Shown here in pieces: positions 1-13,158 of a DNA stretch of 64,000 bases. The stretch is from assembly GCA_035193785.1 (NCBI GenBank), contig CP136572.1:2036578-2100577 (forward strand), given 5' to 3'. This DNA is from Planktothrix sp. GU0601_MAG3. GTDB lineage: Bacteria > Cyanobacteriota > Cyanobacteriia > Cyanobacteriales > Microcoleaceae. Position 1 is the stretch's first letter. The number at the start of each line of letters is the position of its first letter. Position numbers and translations under genes: made by a program. The notes under the pieces are model-generated. The model saw only the letters and a list, made by a program, of their open reading frames with translations. It was not told where the DNA came from and did not search any database.

Positions 1-131
1 TAAAATTATGTGATATGTTTTGGAGTGCGATCGCTGTTTTGTTGATCTGAAGTGTGATCGGGCTGTAGATTCGGCAGTTAATAAACTTGGGATCACCACT
101 ATAATCAAATAGATATTGAATTCCCGTTATT

Positions 132-995
132 ATGATTAAAGGCACAACTAAAATATTAGGAGTAATTGGTTATCCCATTGAACATTCCCTTTCTCCGGTG
201 ATGCACAATGCCGCGATCGCCCATTTGGGAGTAGATTATGTTTACCTCCCCTTTGCCATTTCTCCCCAGGATTTAAAGACCGCCCTTGAGGGATTTGCAG
301 CCATTGGAATTCAGGGATTTAATATTACTATTCCCCACAAACAGGCGATTTTACCCTTTTTATCGGAGGTGACTACCCTGGCCCAATCCGTCGGGGCGGT
401 GAATACGGTTTGGCGGACTCAGGATGGTTGGAGTGGCACAAATACCGATGTAGTGGGGTTTCTGACTCCCCTAGAGGTGTATCATCAAGATTGGCAGGAT
501 CAGGTGGCTGTTATTTTGGGATATGGTGGGGCGGCGCGGGCGGTGGTGGCTGGATGTGCCCAGTTAGGGATCAGGGAAATTTATGTGGTCGGTCGTGACC
601 CCCAAAAATTGGCCAGCTTTCAACAGAGTTGGAGCACTTCCCCCCTATCGGTTGCGGTCAAAACCTGTCCCTGGGAGCAATTATCCGCCCTACTTCCCCA
701 GGCGGACTTATTGGTAAATACGACCCCCGTAGGAATGTATCCCCACCCCCAGGAGTCTCCGGTTGAGGCGTCGGTGATGGATAAAATTAAACTGGGTGCG
801 ATCGCCTATGATTTAATTTATATTCCTGAAACCACCCAATTTTTGACTTTAGCAGCCGCCAGAGGTGCGATGATTTTAAATGGATTACCAATGTTAGTAA
901 TTCAGGGAGCCGCCGCCTTGGAATTGTGGTTACAGCAACCTGTTCCCATCGAGATCATGCGTCAGTCTCTCCAAGAATATCTGAATATAAAATAA
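132..995 (+). CDS. aroE: Shikimate dehydrogenase
   Basis: HSLSPxMHN, GFNITIPHK, GAVNT, NTDVVGF and GxGGAARA motifs. Confidence 0.95.
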   Translation: MIKGTTKILGVIGYPIEHSLSPVMHNAAIAHLGVDYVYLPFAISPQDLKTALEGFAAIGIQGFNITIPHKQAILPFLSEVTTLAQSVGAVNTVWRTQDGWSGTNTDVVGFLTPLEVYHQDWQDQVAVILGYGGAARAVVAGCAQLGIREIYVVGRDPQKLASFQQSWSTSPLSVAVKTCPWEQLSALLPQADLLVNTTPVGMYPHPQESPVEASVMDKIKLGAIAYDLIYIPETTQFLTLAAARGAMILNGLPMLVIQGAAALELWLQQPVPIEIMRQSLQEYLNIK

Positions 996-1007
996 CTCAA
1001 AAATTGT

Positions 1008-1440
1008 ATGAAATTTAGAATTTTACCGATTATTTTTTGCCTTTGTTTTTGGGTTTTAATCACTGGTTTTTGGACTCCCCCAGCTTGGGCATTAATTCCG
1101 ATTCAACTGCAAGATTTAACTTACAAAAATTGCCCTCCTGAATTATCGGAAGGAGCAGTATCCAGTGGTTCTAGTCAAGATGCCAACTGTTTTATTATTA
1201 CCGGAAAAGCCAATAATACTTCGGGAAAAGTTGTTGTAGATGCGGATATTTTTGGTCGGATTTATGATGCGACTAATAACCCCGTGATGCAAAATCGGGG
1301 ACGGTTAGGTAATATTGAGACAGTTTCCCCCTGGAATTAGTGATTTTGAATTTAGAATTTCGATTCCTTCTAATCTGGAACCTCCCCTGCAACTCAAACA
1401 ATTTAAAGCCTCTGGTTTTAAAAATCGAATTGGCAGATAA
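1008..1440 (+). CDS. Conserved secreted cyanobacterial hypothetical protein (apparent +1 frameshift at ~1323)
   Basis: Signal peptide ending PPAWA; removing one T from GTTTC at ~1323 continues the frame (TVPPGISDFEFRISIP...KASGFKNRIGR*) to TAA at 1440. Confidence 0.7.
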
Positions 1441-1442
1441 AC

Positions 1443-3627
1443 TCAATTACCTAGGCGTTTAATTTGGAACTGGGCATCCTTATAACCCCCGGTTAAGCCT
1501 TGTTCCAAATAGAGTTTTCCCGCTTCTTCAAGATCGCTAATAGCACCGCTTTTATCACCAATTTGAATCCTCACTAATCCCCGTCCATAATAGGCCGCCG
1601 CATAGTTGGGTTTCAGACGAATTGCTTGGGCATAATCGGCGATCGCCTTATCATAATTCTTCATAGTAACATAGACTTGGGCGCGATTTCCGTAGGCTTC
1701 AGCATCATTGGGGTTAATATTAATTCCTTGGGTATAATCGGCAATTGCTCCTTGATAATCCTGGGCGGCGGAACGGGCTAATCCTCGATTACTATAGGCT
1801 TTATAATCATCTCCTTTAATTTCAATAGCCTTTGAGCAATCTTCAATTGCTTTGGGATAATCTTTTAAATTCAAATTAGCAATACAACGATTATTATAGG
1901 CGACTTCATTGGGAGTTCTATTAATCGCTTCTGTACAATCTTTAATCGCTTGATTATAGTCCCATAAATTAATATAAACGCTACAACGATTAGCATAGGC
2001 TTCCGAATTATTCGGATCAATTTGCAAGACGATATTATAATCCGCTAAAGCCCCTTGATAATCCCCTAAATGAAATCTCGCCCGACCTCGATCATAATAT
2101 CCGATGGGGTTCTTAGGTTCTAAGCGAATCGCCTCAGTATAATCAGCCATTCCTGATTGTAAATCCCCGGATTTAACTAAGGCAGTCCCCCTAGCGCGAT
2201 AGACTTTGGCTTGTTTGGGTTGTAGTCGTAGCACCGTATTATAATCTCCAATAGCGGCGGTATAATCCTCTAAGTCATAATGAATTAAACCTCTTTTATA
2301 GAAAGCCTCTCCGTCCTGTGGTTCTTGTTTTAGGACTTGGTTAAAATCAGCCAAAGCCCCCGATAAATCCGACGTATCATAACGGGTTAAACCCCGATTA
2401 AAATAAGCATTAACATAGTTAGGATTCAGTTCAATGGCTTTTGTATAATCCGCCAAAGCTTGTTCATATTCCTTCAAATCATAGTAAGCATTAGCCCGTT
2501 TATGATAGGCTTCGGGATTATTGGGATTGAACTTGATGGCTTGATTAAAAGCTCGAATTGCGCCTTTTGGATCACCTTGATTAACTTTTTCCACGCCCTT
2601 TTTTAAGGCATTTTCCGCTTTAATCGGATCGGGACGACTTAAAACTTGTACTAACCCAAAAATCACGATTAAACCTACTAATCCCGTTGTGACAATTGCC
2701 AATATTTTTGGCCAGGGAAGTGAGGGTTTTTCTTCTTGATAAATAGGGAAGTTTTTTAACTTATGAATATCAAATCCCGAACGTCCGGTTGCCTTTCTTA
2801 AGTCATCTAAGACATCAATTGCCGTCAGATAGCGTTTACTATAATAAGGATGTACCATCTTATCAATAACCTGGCCTAATCCTTGGCTGGCTTTGCTATA
2901 ATGGCGCCAATTCAGTTCTCCCACACTGGATAAACTCGGGTCTTGTAATTTCGGTAAATCTGAAGCTTCTAACCCGGTAATTGCTTGAATTGCAATCATC
3001 CCCACCGCATAAATATCGCTATTATATTGGGGATGACCTTGGAACTGTTCAATCGGCATATAAAAAGGAGTTCCCGTGGCAATGGTTTCGTAATCCCTGT
3101 CCATTACCATCGGCGAGTCTACTACTAACTTCTTTGACGGAACCAAAATCAATTAATACTAATTTTTTATCGGATTTACGACGAATTAAATTAGAGGGGT
3201 TAACATCTCGATGAATGACTTGATTTTCATGTACAAATACTAAAATTTCTAAAATATCTTCGATTAATAAAATTACCTGTTGTTCCGACCAAGGCATTCC
3301 CGGAACTAATTCTTTCATCAACGGATCACCAGCAACAAATTCTTCAATTAAATAAAATTGATCATGATCCTCAAAATAAGCTAATAACTGCGGAATTTGA
3401 TCATGTTTTCCCAACCGTTCTAAAATTTCTGCTTCTTGGCGAAATAATCGCAATGCCGTCTTTAAAGTATTAGAATTATTATTAGGCGGTCGCAATTGTT
3501 TTACTACACATTGGGGATGACCCGGGCGTCGGGTATCCGCAGCCAGATAGGTTTGTCCAAAAGCTCCCGAACTTAAGACTTGAACAATTCGGTATCTACG
3601 ATCTAATAATTGACCAATCATTTCCAT
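1443..3627 (-). CDS. Ser/Thr protein kinase with TM segment and C-terminal TPR repeats (apparent frameshift at ~3085)
   Basis: Hanks kinase motifs (GAFGQTY, VVKQL, HRDVNPSN, DFG, GTPFYMP); many TPRs (AYYNRG/ADY pattern); two overlapping ORFs joined by one base deletion. Confidence 0.9.
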
Positions 3628-3629
3628 AA

Positions 3630-3741
3630 ACAGTAATTAGTAAACAGTAATCAGAAAAGTTAAGAATTATCAAGCCCATTCTTAACCCCTAACTCTTAAC
3701 TCTTACACTGATAACTGATAACTGATGACTGATAACTGATT
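3630..3741. repeat. Short tandemly repeated heptamers (STRR-like; CTGATAA, CTCTTAA)
   Basis: ctgataactgataactgatgactgataactgat and taactcttaactcttac between divergent genes. Confidence 0.7.
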
Positions 3742-5709
3742 ATGTCACAACCTACGATAGAATCGATTCTGCAAGAAAACCGGTTGTTTCAACCCCATCC
3801 TGAGTTTTCCCAGAATGCTCATATTAAAAGTTTAGAGGAGTATAAACAACTCTATGAAAAAGCTAAAGCCAACCCGGAAGCGTTCTGGGCAGAACTAGCG
3901 GAAACAGAAATCCATTGGTTTCAAAAATGGGATCGAGTTTTAGACTGGCAACCCCCCTTTGCCAAATGGTTTGTGAATGGCAAAATTAATATTTCCTATA
4001 ATTGTTTAGATCGGCATTTAACCACTTGGCGGAAAAATAAAGCTGCCTTAATTTGGGAAGGAGAACCGGGCGATACTCGCACCCTAACTTACCTACAACT
4101 ACATCGAGAAGTCTGTCAAATGGCAAACGTTCTCAAACAGTTGGGAGCGCAAAAAGGAGATCGGATTGGCATCTATATGCCCATGATACCCGAAGCCGCC
4201 ATTGCCATGTTAGCCTGTGCCCGCATTGGTGCGCCCCATACCGTTGTTTTTGGGGGGTTTAGTGGAGAAGCACTCAAAGATCGCTTAGTCGATGCCGAGG
4301 CCAAATTAGTGATTACCGCCGATGGGGGCTGGCGTAAAGATGCCATTGTCCCCTTAAAAGAACAGGTCGATAAAGCCATTGAAGCCGGGGCGACCAGCGT
4401 TGATAACGTTTTAGTGGTACAAAGAACTAACCAAAAAATCAATATGCAACCCGGACGGGATCATTGGTGGCATGATCTCAGACAGGGGGTTTCCGCCGAC
4501 TGTCCCGCCGAACCCATGGATAGTGAGGATATGTTATTTATCCTCTACACCAGTGGGACAACGGGCAAACCCAAGGGAGTTGTTCACACCACGGGCGGGT
4601 ATAACCTCTATACCCACATTACCAATAAATGGGCTTTTGACCTACAGGATACCGATGTCTATTGGTGTACAGCCGATGTCGGTTGGATTACCGGACACAG
4701 TTATATTGTCTACGGGCCCCTATCCAATGGGGCGACCACCCTGATGTATGAAGGAGCACCGAGGGCGTCTAACCCGGGTTGTTTCTGGGATGTGGTGGAA
4801 AAATACGGGGTGACGATTTTCTATACCGCCCCCACCGCAATTCGGTCATTTATGAAAATGGGAGAACATCATCCCAAGTCCCGTGATTTATCCTCCCTAC
4901 GGCTCTTAGGAACCGTGGGAGAACCGATTAACCCGGAAGCTTGGATGTGGTATCAACGGGTAATTGGTAACGGTAACTGCCCGATTGTAGACACCTGGTG
5001 GCAAACGGAAACGGGCGGATTTATGATTACCCCCTTACCCGGGGCGACCCCAACCAAACCTGGGTCAGCAACTTTACCCTTCCCGGGGATTTTAGCGGAT
5101 GTGGTGGATGCGGACGGACAACCCGTGACCGATGACAGTGGGGGCTATTTGGTGGTGCGCTATCCCTGGCCGGGAATGATGCGGACGGTATATGGTGATC
5201 CTGAACGTTTCCGGCGCACCTATTGGGAATATTTGAAACCCAAGGATGGTATTCCCCTCTATTTTGCCGGGGATGGAGCCCATCAAGACCGGGATGGCTA
5301 TTTCTGGGTTATGGGTCGGGTGGATGATGTGATCAATGTGTCAGGACACCGTTTAGGGACGATGGAAATTGAGTCGGCTTTGGTGTCCCATCCGGCGGTG
5401 GCTGAGGCGGCGGTGGTCGGGAAACCCGATGAGATTAAGGGTGAGGAGATTGTGGCGTTTGTGACCTTGGAGGAAGGGAAAGAAGCGTCCGATGAGTTGG
5501 CCAAGGAACTGAAAAAGCACGTTGTTAGTGAAATTGGGGCTTTAGCCCGTCCTGGGGAAATTCGGTTTACGGATGATTTACCTAAAACCCGGTCTGGGAA
5601 GATTATGCGGCGTCTATTGCGCTCGTTGGCGTCGGGTCAGGAAATTACCGGAGACACTTCTACGTTACAGGATCGGAGTGTATTAGAAAAATTGCGCGGT
5701 GGGGCGTAA
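3742..5709 (+). CDS. acsA: Acetyl-CoA synthetase
   Basis: [34 protein letters not shown] and [12 protein letters not shown] motifs. Confidence 0.97.
   Translation: MSQPTIESILQENRLFQPHPEFSQNAHIKSLEEYKQLYEKAKANPEAFWAELAETEIHWFQKWDRVLDWQPPFAKWFVNGKINISYNCLDRHLTTWRKNKAALIWEGEPGDTRTLTYLQLHREVCQMANVLKQLGAQKGDRIGIYMPMIPEAAIAMLACARIGAPHTVVFGGFSGEALKDRLVDAEAKLVITADGGWRKDAIVPLKEQVDKAIEAGATSVDNVLVVQRTNQKINMQPGRDHWWHDLRQGVSADCPAEPMDSEDMLFILYTSGTTGKPKGVVHTTGGYNLYTHITNKWAFDLQDTDVYWCTADVGWITGHSYIVYGPLSNGATTLMYEGAPRASNPGCFWDVVEKYGVTIFYTAPTAIRSFMKMGEHHPKSRDLSSLRLLGTVGEPINPEAWMWYQRVIGNGNCPIVDTWWQTETGGFMITPLPGATPTKPGSATLPFPGILADVVDADGQPVTDDSGGYLVVRYPWPGMMRTVYGDPERFRRTYWEYLKPKDGIPLYFAGDGAHQDRDGYFWVMGRVDDVINVSGHRLGTMEIESALVSHPAVAEAAVVGKPDEIKGEEIVAFVTLEEGKEASDELAKELKKHVVSEIGALARPGEIRFTDDLPKTRSGKIMRRLLRSLASGQEITGDTSTLQDRSVLEKLRGGA
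5679..5702 (+). repeat. Direct repeat, left copy (acsA 3' end); right copy at 16009-16032
   Basis: TGTATTAGAAAAATTGCGCGGTGG is identical in both places. Confidence 0.9.
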
Positions 5710-5935
5710 TTATTGATCAGTTGTAGCGGCGGGTTCATCAAGATTTAGGTTTAATAGAGATCTAAAAAAACCCGCCCGCAACAGTTATCAGTGTTAATTC
5801 TGTGTTCTTCCCTGGTAAACCGGGGATTTTTTATAATATTTAAAATTGCTCAAATTTTATAAATACGCCTCTTAGTAACTTTTAAATTTGAGTAAATTGG
5901 TGATAATTTTTATAAAGAATATTACTGATTACTTA

Positions 5936-8760
5936 ATGATGACTAGCGATCGCCCTGACAAACCCCAAAAAACTCGACAAATTCCCCTGAGACTATTACT
6001 AATTATACCCTTTGTCGTGCAAATCGTGGGCGCGGTAGGATTAGTTGGTTTTCTCTCCTATCGCAGTGGACAAGAGGCGGTGGAAGATATGGCAATATCT
6101 TTGATGTCAGAAATCGGCGATCGCATTGAACAAAGCTTAAACAGCTATCTCAAGGCACCTGAAACAACTTACTCAAACTAATGCCTCCCTCATCCGTCAA
6201 GGAATTTTAGATTACCAAAATTTACCCGCCCTGCAAACACACTTTGCCCAGCAATTACAAATTTTTCCTAGTGTGAGTATGGTGAAAATTGCTAACGAAA
6301 AAAAAGACTATATATCAGTTTCACGAGACCTATCATCTGATCAGCTTATTGTGAGGATTGTGAATGCTTCAGAAAGCAATAATCACTATCGTTACCAAGC
6401 AGATCTCACAGGTAAAATTCATGAGTTACTGGAAATTAGGACTGACTATAATCCTCATAATGACCCCCCCGGTAAGCCTTGGTATGGTGCGGCAAGGGAA
6501 GCCAAGATAGGAACTTGGGGCATTTTTGTCAATTTATCACAGGGAAAAAATCACCCGCTTCTGTCTGCAACTTATCATTTGCCATTTCAAGATGCACAGG
6601 GACAATTTCAAGGGGTACTTGGTTCTAATCTATATCTACCTCAGTTTGGAGACTTTCTTCAAAATCTAAAAATTGGGAATACAGGGCAAGCATTTCTGAT
6701 AGATCAACAAGGACAAATGATTGCCAATTCTGTCAATGAAGTACCATTTATAACTACTGCTAAAAGTAAATTATCTCAAAATGTTGATGCTAGTTCCCGT
6801 CGCTTAAAAGCAACAGCTAGTAAAAATAAAATCATTCGATCAACCTCCCAATATTTAACAGATAACTTTCAACTAGAAAGTATTCAAAACATTCAAAAAC
6901 TTAATTTGTCAGTAGATGGTCAGAGATATTTTGTACAGGTTTTCCCTGTGAGCAAACAAACCTTAAACTGGCTAACAGTTATTGTCATTCCTGAATCCGA
7001 CTTCATGGAACATATTCAGAAAAATGCCCGTTGGACAATTATATTATGTGGTCTAACTCTTGTTGTTGCCATAATAATTGGTATTCTCACTGCTCAATGG
7101 ATTACTAAACCAATTTTACGATTAAATCAAGCAAGTCAGGCTTTAGCATTAGGTGAATGGCAAAATTATGACCAAGAAAATGATCTAATAGAAACCAAAC
7201 GTATTACAGAAATATCAACTCTTGCCAATTCTTTTAATGCTATGGCTCATCAGTTAAAAAATGCTTTTGAAAATTTAGAAAATCGAGTGAAAGAACGTAC
7301 AGCAGAGTTAGTTATTGCCAAGGAAAAAGCGGAAGTAGCTAATCAAGCCAAAAGTGCCTTTATTGCCAATATGAGCCATGAATTGCGAAGTCCATTAAAT
7401 GCAATTATTGGTTTTTCTCAGTTAATGTTACGCACTAAAAATCTACCTTCTGAACAATACAAAAATGCGGGAATTATTCAGTGTAACGGGGAATATTTAT
7501 TGACTTTAATTAATAATGTTCTCGATTTTTCTAAAATCGAAGCCCAAAAAACCACTCTGAATCAAAAGGATTTTGATCTCTATCAATTATTAGATGATTT
7601 AGAAGATGTGTTACATTTAAGGGCGTTTAATGCGGGATTAGAATTGATTTTTGATCGGGGTGATAATTTACCCCGTTATATTTACACTGATGGGATAAAA
7701 TTACGTCAAGTTTTATTGAATTTATTGGGTAATGCCATTAAATTTACTGAGAAAGGTGAAGTAATTTTAAGTGTTAGATACGATTCCTCATTGATAACAG
7801 ATGTAGGGGTAAACAGCCTAACCCTACAATTCACTATCAAAGATACAGGAAAGGGGATTTCTCAGGAGGAATTAAGCAAGTTATTTGAGGCATTTTCTCA
7901 AACAGAATCAGGGCGAGAAGCTCAAGAAGGAACAGGATTAGGATTAGCGATTAGTCGTCAATTTGTGCAGTTAATGGGGGGAGATATTACGGTAGAGAGT
8001 GAAACCAGGAAAAGGAACAACTTTTAAATTTTCAATTAACGTAAAATTGGGAAAAGAAATTGATGATAATAGTAATATTTTACGGCAAAGAGTATTAGAA
8101 CTAGCACCGGAACAGCCGATTTATAAAATATTAGTGGTAGATGATAAATCGATTAATTGCCAATTATTAATAAAATTACTTTCCCCTTTAGGATTTGAGG
8201 TGAAAGAAGCAAGTAATGGAAAAGAAGCGATCGCCATTTGGGAAGAATGGCAACCTCATTTAATTTTTATGGATATGAGAATGCCTGTGATGGATGGTTA
8301 TGAAGCGACTAAATCTATTAAATCCACAACTAAAGGTAATGCCACCGCCATTATAGCTTTAACAGCGAGTGTTTTAGAAGAAGAAAAAGCAATTACTTTA
8401 TCAGCAGGATGTGATGATTTTATGCGTAAACCCTTTAAAGAATCTACCATTTTTGAGGTATTAACTAAACATTTAGGAGTCAAATATATTTATGAAGAAT
8501 TAACAGATAAAAATGTCATTGATCATCTTTCCTCAACCATGCTATCATCTATGGATTTAGGGGATTTAGCCCTAATGTCACAGGAATGGCGATCACAATT
8601 ACATCAAGCATCCTTAGAGGCTGATAGTAATCTGGTGACAAAACTAATTCAAGAAATACCTAATCAAAAATCCCATTTAGTAAAAGTTCTTGAAAAATTA
8701 GCCCGTCAATTTCAATTTGATGAAATAGCCGAATTATTAACCCATAAAAACCTAAAATAG
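5936..8760 (+). CDS. Hybrid sensor histidine kinase/response regulator, copy 1 (TM-Cache-like sensor-TM-HAMP-HisKA-HATPase-REC); apparent frameshifts at ~6161 and ~8001
   Basis: [13 protein letters not shown]-box, [25 protein letters not shown], receiver ILVVDD...MDMRMP...KPF; three ORFs joined by single-A deletions in GAAAC. Confidence 0.9.
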
Positions 8761-8897
8761 AGATTACTTCCTGCTTCCTAAAACCATTAAATCTTGATAC
8801 TTAAAAGTTATAATTAGGATTTTTGAGGTAGTTTTTCAATGGTTTTAATGATTATTTATGGACTGTAAATTTCTGTATTCATTAATTTTTACTTCTC

Positions 8898-9647
8898 TTA
8901 ACGAGAAGTTATTCCCTTAGTGAAAATCATAAATACTAAGGTAATTGGGATGGCAATATAAGAATAAGAACGCACATTCATAATTAATATTGTTTTTATC
9001 AGATTGCCTGAGCGGTCTGGCATTAGCTTTTTCAAGCAAAACCCTTCTACAACCACACTGATCGCAAAGCCAATTCCAATAAATATAGCTACTGCTAAAA
9101 GTTGTAATATCTTAATATAAAAAGGTGTGGGAATAGAGAAATCAGCAGGCAGCAAAAATATACTATATAGCAACCCACCAAACCAAATTAAACCCCAGCC
9201 AAACAAACTTAAAATCTTTAATAGAAAAGGGTGAATTCTAAAATGCTCGGACTGTTTTAGCGGAAATAGTGAAGATGAAAAAATCACTAATAGCAAATAA
9301 CTCAGCCCAAGCATTTGTCCACCAATCGCTTCATAAGGGAGTGCACCAAGTCCCCAGATAAAATAAATTCCCAGTATCAACGAACAAAGATTTGCTAGGA
9401 ATGACAACCAAATTGCTTTCCCAAAACTGATTTGCTCTCTTTGCGCTAGAATCAAACTTTCCAGAATAATAATGCCAATAATTCCTAAGCCATAGGTAGC
9501 AAATCCAACCGTCAGTGGAATTTGTAGTAACCAGATTGCCATAGGTGGCCAACTATTGGCACTGGCGGGATTTGTAGCCAGTAACCAAATGACTGCTCCT
9601 AATAATGGGATGGTGAGAACTTTGAAAGTTTTTGCTGTTGTATTCAT
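8898..9647 (-). CDS. Multi-pass membrane hypothetical protein with signal-peptide-like N-terminus
   Basis: 249-aa ORF with several hydrophobic segments; partially duplicated at 12698-12991. Confidence 0.7.
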   Translation of the reverse strand: MNTTAKTFKVLTIPLLGAVIWLLATNPASANSWPPMAIWLLQIPLTVGFATYGLGIIGIIILESLILAQREQISFGKAIWLSFLANLCSLILGIYFIWGLGALPYEAIGGQMLGLSYLLLVIFSSSLFPLKQSEHFRIHPFLLKILSLFGWGLIWFGGLLYSIFLLPADFSIPTPFYIKILQLLAVAIFIGIGFAISVVVEGFCLKKLMPDRSGNLIKTILIMNVRSYSYIAIPITLVFMIFTKGITSR

Positions 9648-9688
9648 TGCCCTAGCCTTATTCTTATTGCTGAGATACTGAGATACAA

Positions 9689-9791
9689 TGACAAAACTAA
9701 TTCAATAAATACCTAATCAAAAATACCCTTTAGTGAAAGTTCTTGAAAAATTAGCCCGTCAATTTCAATTTAATCAAATGGCTGAATTATT
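9689..9791 (+). pseudogene. Relic duplicate of the kinase 3' end (similar to 8636-8738); another copy at 13033-13135
   Basis: tgacaaaactaattcaa.aaatacctaatcaaaaat...gaaaaattagcccgtcaatttcaattt aligns with the end of kinase copies 1 and 2. Confidence 0.8.
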
Positions 9792-9814
9792 GTCTTAATG
9801 TGTAAAAATAAATT

Positions 9815-12632
9815 ATGAATAACGATCGCCCTAACAAACCCCAAAAAACTCGACAAATTCCCCTGAGACTATTACTAATTATACCCTTTGTCGCGCAAAT
9901 TGTGGGCGCGGTAGGATTAGTTGGTTTTCTCTCCTATCGCAGTGGACAAGAGGCGGTGGAAGATATGGCAAAATCTTTAATGGCAGAAATCGGCGATCGC
10001 ATTGATCAAAATCTAAAAAATTATTTGAAAAAGCCCGTGGAAGTTACCCACAATAATGCTGAAGCTGCTAAACTAGGCATCTTAAATTATCATAATTTAC
10101 CAGCAGTAAAACGTTATTTCTGGCAGCAATCACAAATCTTTGATGACATCAGTATATGGTTAATTGCAACCGAACAGAAAACGATTTTAATTGTGGATAC
10201 CCAGGATAAAAAATCTCGTTTTATCCGAATTAGAGATCAGTCAACTCGTTACAAATGGGATAACTATCTCGCGGATGCTCAAGGAAACTACATTAAATTA
10301 ATTCGACGTTCAACAACTTATGATCCCCATAATGATCCGCCTGAAAATCCTTGGTATGGAGCTACAAAAAATGCCGGACGGGGGATTTGGCGGCTGGTTG
10401 TTGCTCGAGTAGAGAATGATAGTCCTAAGTTATTAGCTGCTTATTTATTACCCTTCTTTGATCAAAAAAATAACTTTCAAGGCGTTATCAATTGCTCTAT
10501 TCCTTTATCTCAATTAGGAGATTTTCTCAAAAAATTAAAAGTTGGCAAAACAGGTCAAGCTTTTATCTTAGAAAAAAATGGATTTTTGATCGGTACTTCC
10601 GCAGGTGAAACTCCCTTTGTTCCAAGTTTAGTCAGATCTCTTAACTCCGATAAAGAGAAAGATGATCCTAACCAATACAGATTGAATGCTGTGAATAGTA
10701 GTGAACTTATGACTCGACAAACCACTAAAAAATTAGTGGAACATTTCGGTGGACTTGCTCAGATTAAAGAAACAAAAGAATATAACTTTACAGAAAATAG
10801 TAAACGCTACTTTGTTAGAGTTGTTCCATTTAAGGGGCAAAAAGATTTAGATTGGTTGACAGTTATTGTTATTCCTGAAACTGACTTCCTCGCAGAAATT
10901 CAGGCAAATGCCCGTTGGACAATTTTATTTTGTGGTCTAACGCTTATTATTGCCACAATAATTGGTATTCTCACTGCTCGATGGATTACTAAACCGATTT
11001 TACGATTAAGTCAAGCCAGTGAGGCTTTAGCATTAGGAGAATGGCAAAACTTTGACCAAGAAAATGATCTAATAGAAGCGAAAAGTATTACAGAAATATC
11101 AACTCTAGCTAGATCTTTTAAGAGTATGGCGAATCAGTTACAAACAGCTTTTGAAACCTTAGAAAATCGAGTAGAAGAAAGAACAGCAGAATTAGTGATT
11201 GCTAAGGAAAAAGCGGAAGTAGCCAATCAAGCCAAGAGTACATTTATTGCGAATATGAGCCATGAATTACGCAGTCCACTTAATGCTATTTTAGGTTTTT
11301 CGCAGTTAATGTTACGCACAAAACATTTACCTTCTGAACACTATGAAAATGCGGGAATTATTAATCGCAGTGGGGAATATTTATTAACTTTAATTAATAA
11401 TGTTCTCGATTTTGCCAAAATTGAAGCGGGAAAAACAACTTTAAATCAAAAGGATTTTGACCTGTATCAATTATTAGATGATTTAGAAGATATGTTACAT
11501 TTAAGGGCGTTTAATGCGGGATTAGAATTAATATTTGATCGAGGTGAAAATTTACCGCGTTATCTTTATGCTGATGGGGTAAAATTACGTCAAGTTTTAT
11601 TGAATTTATTAGGGAATGCCATTAAATTTACATCAAAAGGTGAAGTCATTTTAAGGCTTAATAGTCAGGAAAATAAAGACCATCAAAATTATATTTTAAA
11701 TTTCACAATTAGCGATACAGGAAAGGGAATTTCTCAAGAAGAATTAAGCCAATTATTCGAGGCTTTTAGTCAAACCGAATCAGGCAGAGAAAGTCAGGAG
11801 GGAACAGGATTAGGCTTAGTCATTAGTCGTCAATTTGTGCAGTTAATGGGGGGAGATATTACGGTAGAGAGTGAATTAGGTAAAGGCACAACTTTTCAAT
11901 TTTCAATTAACGTAAAATTAGGTGAAGAATCAACTAAAATTGAACAAATTAATCCCCAAAGGGTATTAGCACTAGCACCCGAAACAACTGACTTACAAAA
12001 TCCTGACAGTAGATGATAAAGCCATTAATTGCCAATTATTAATAAAATTACTTTCCCCTTTAGGTTTTGAAATCAAAGCAGCCAGTAATGGACAAGAAGC
12101 TATAGCGATTTGGGAAGAATGGCAACCCCATTTAATCTTTATGGATATGAGAATGCCTGTGATGGATGGTTATGAAGCGACTAAATCTATTAAATCCACA
12201 ACTAAAGGTAATGCCACCGCCATTATAGCTTTAACAGCGAGTGTTTTAGAAGAAGAAAAAGCGATTACTTTATCAGCAGGATGTGATGATTTTATGCGTA
12301 AACCCTTTAAAGAATCTACCATTTTTGAGGTATTAACTAAACATTTAGGAGTCAAATATATTTATGAAGAATTAATAGATAAAAATGTCATTGATCATCT
12401 TTCCTCAACCATGCTATCATCTATGGATTTAGGGGATTTAGCCCTAATGTCACAGGAATGGCGAGCGCAATTATATCAAGCATCCTTAGAGGCTGATAGT
12501 AATCTGGTGACAAAACTAATTCAAGAAATACCTAATCAAAAATCCCATTTAGTAAAAGTTATTAAAAAATTAGCCCGTCAATTTCAATTTGATGAAATAG
12601 CCGAATTATTAACCCATAAAAACCTAAAATAG
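9815..12632 (+). CDS. Hybrid sensor histidine kinase/response regulator, copy 2 (apparent frameshift at ~11981)
   Basis: Same domain order as copy 1 with a divergent sensor region; receiver and C-terminus nearly identical to copy 1. Confidence 0.9.
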
Positions 12633-12697
12633 AGATTACTTCCTGCTTTCTAAAACCATTTATAAAACCATTAAATCTTGATACTAAAAAGTTCTAA

Positions 12698-12991
12698 TCA
12701 GGATTTTTGAGGTAGTTTCTCAAACGAACAAAGATTTGCTAGGAATGACAACCAAATTGCTTTCCCAAAACTGATTTGCTCTCTTTGCGCTAGAATCAAA
12801 CTTTCCAGAATAATAATGCCAATAATTCCTAAGCCATAGGTAGCAAATCCAACCGTCAGTGGAATTTGTAGTAACCAGATTGCCATAGGTAGCTAACTAT
12901 TGGCACTGGCGGGATTTGTAGCCAGTAACCAAATGACTGCTCCTAATAATGGGATGGTGAGAACTTTGAAAGTTTTTGCTGTTGTATTCAT
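12698..12991 (-). pseudogene. Truncated copy of the 8898-9647 membrane protein gene
   Basis: 5' part near-identical, but Trp TGG has become TAG (ANSW to ANS*) and the remainder is deleted, joining ...FLANLCS to the downstream intergenic sequence. Confidence 0.85.
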
Positions 12992-13158
12992 TGCCCTAGC
13001 CTTATTCTTATTGGTGAGATACTGAGATACAATGACAAAACTAATTCAAGAAATACCTAATCAAAAATACCCTTTAGTGAAAGTTCTTGAAAAATTAGCC
13101 CGTCAATTTCAATTTAATCAAATGGCTGAATTATTGTCTTAATGTGTAAAAATAAATT

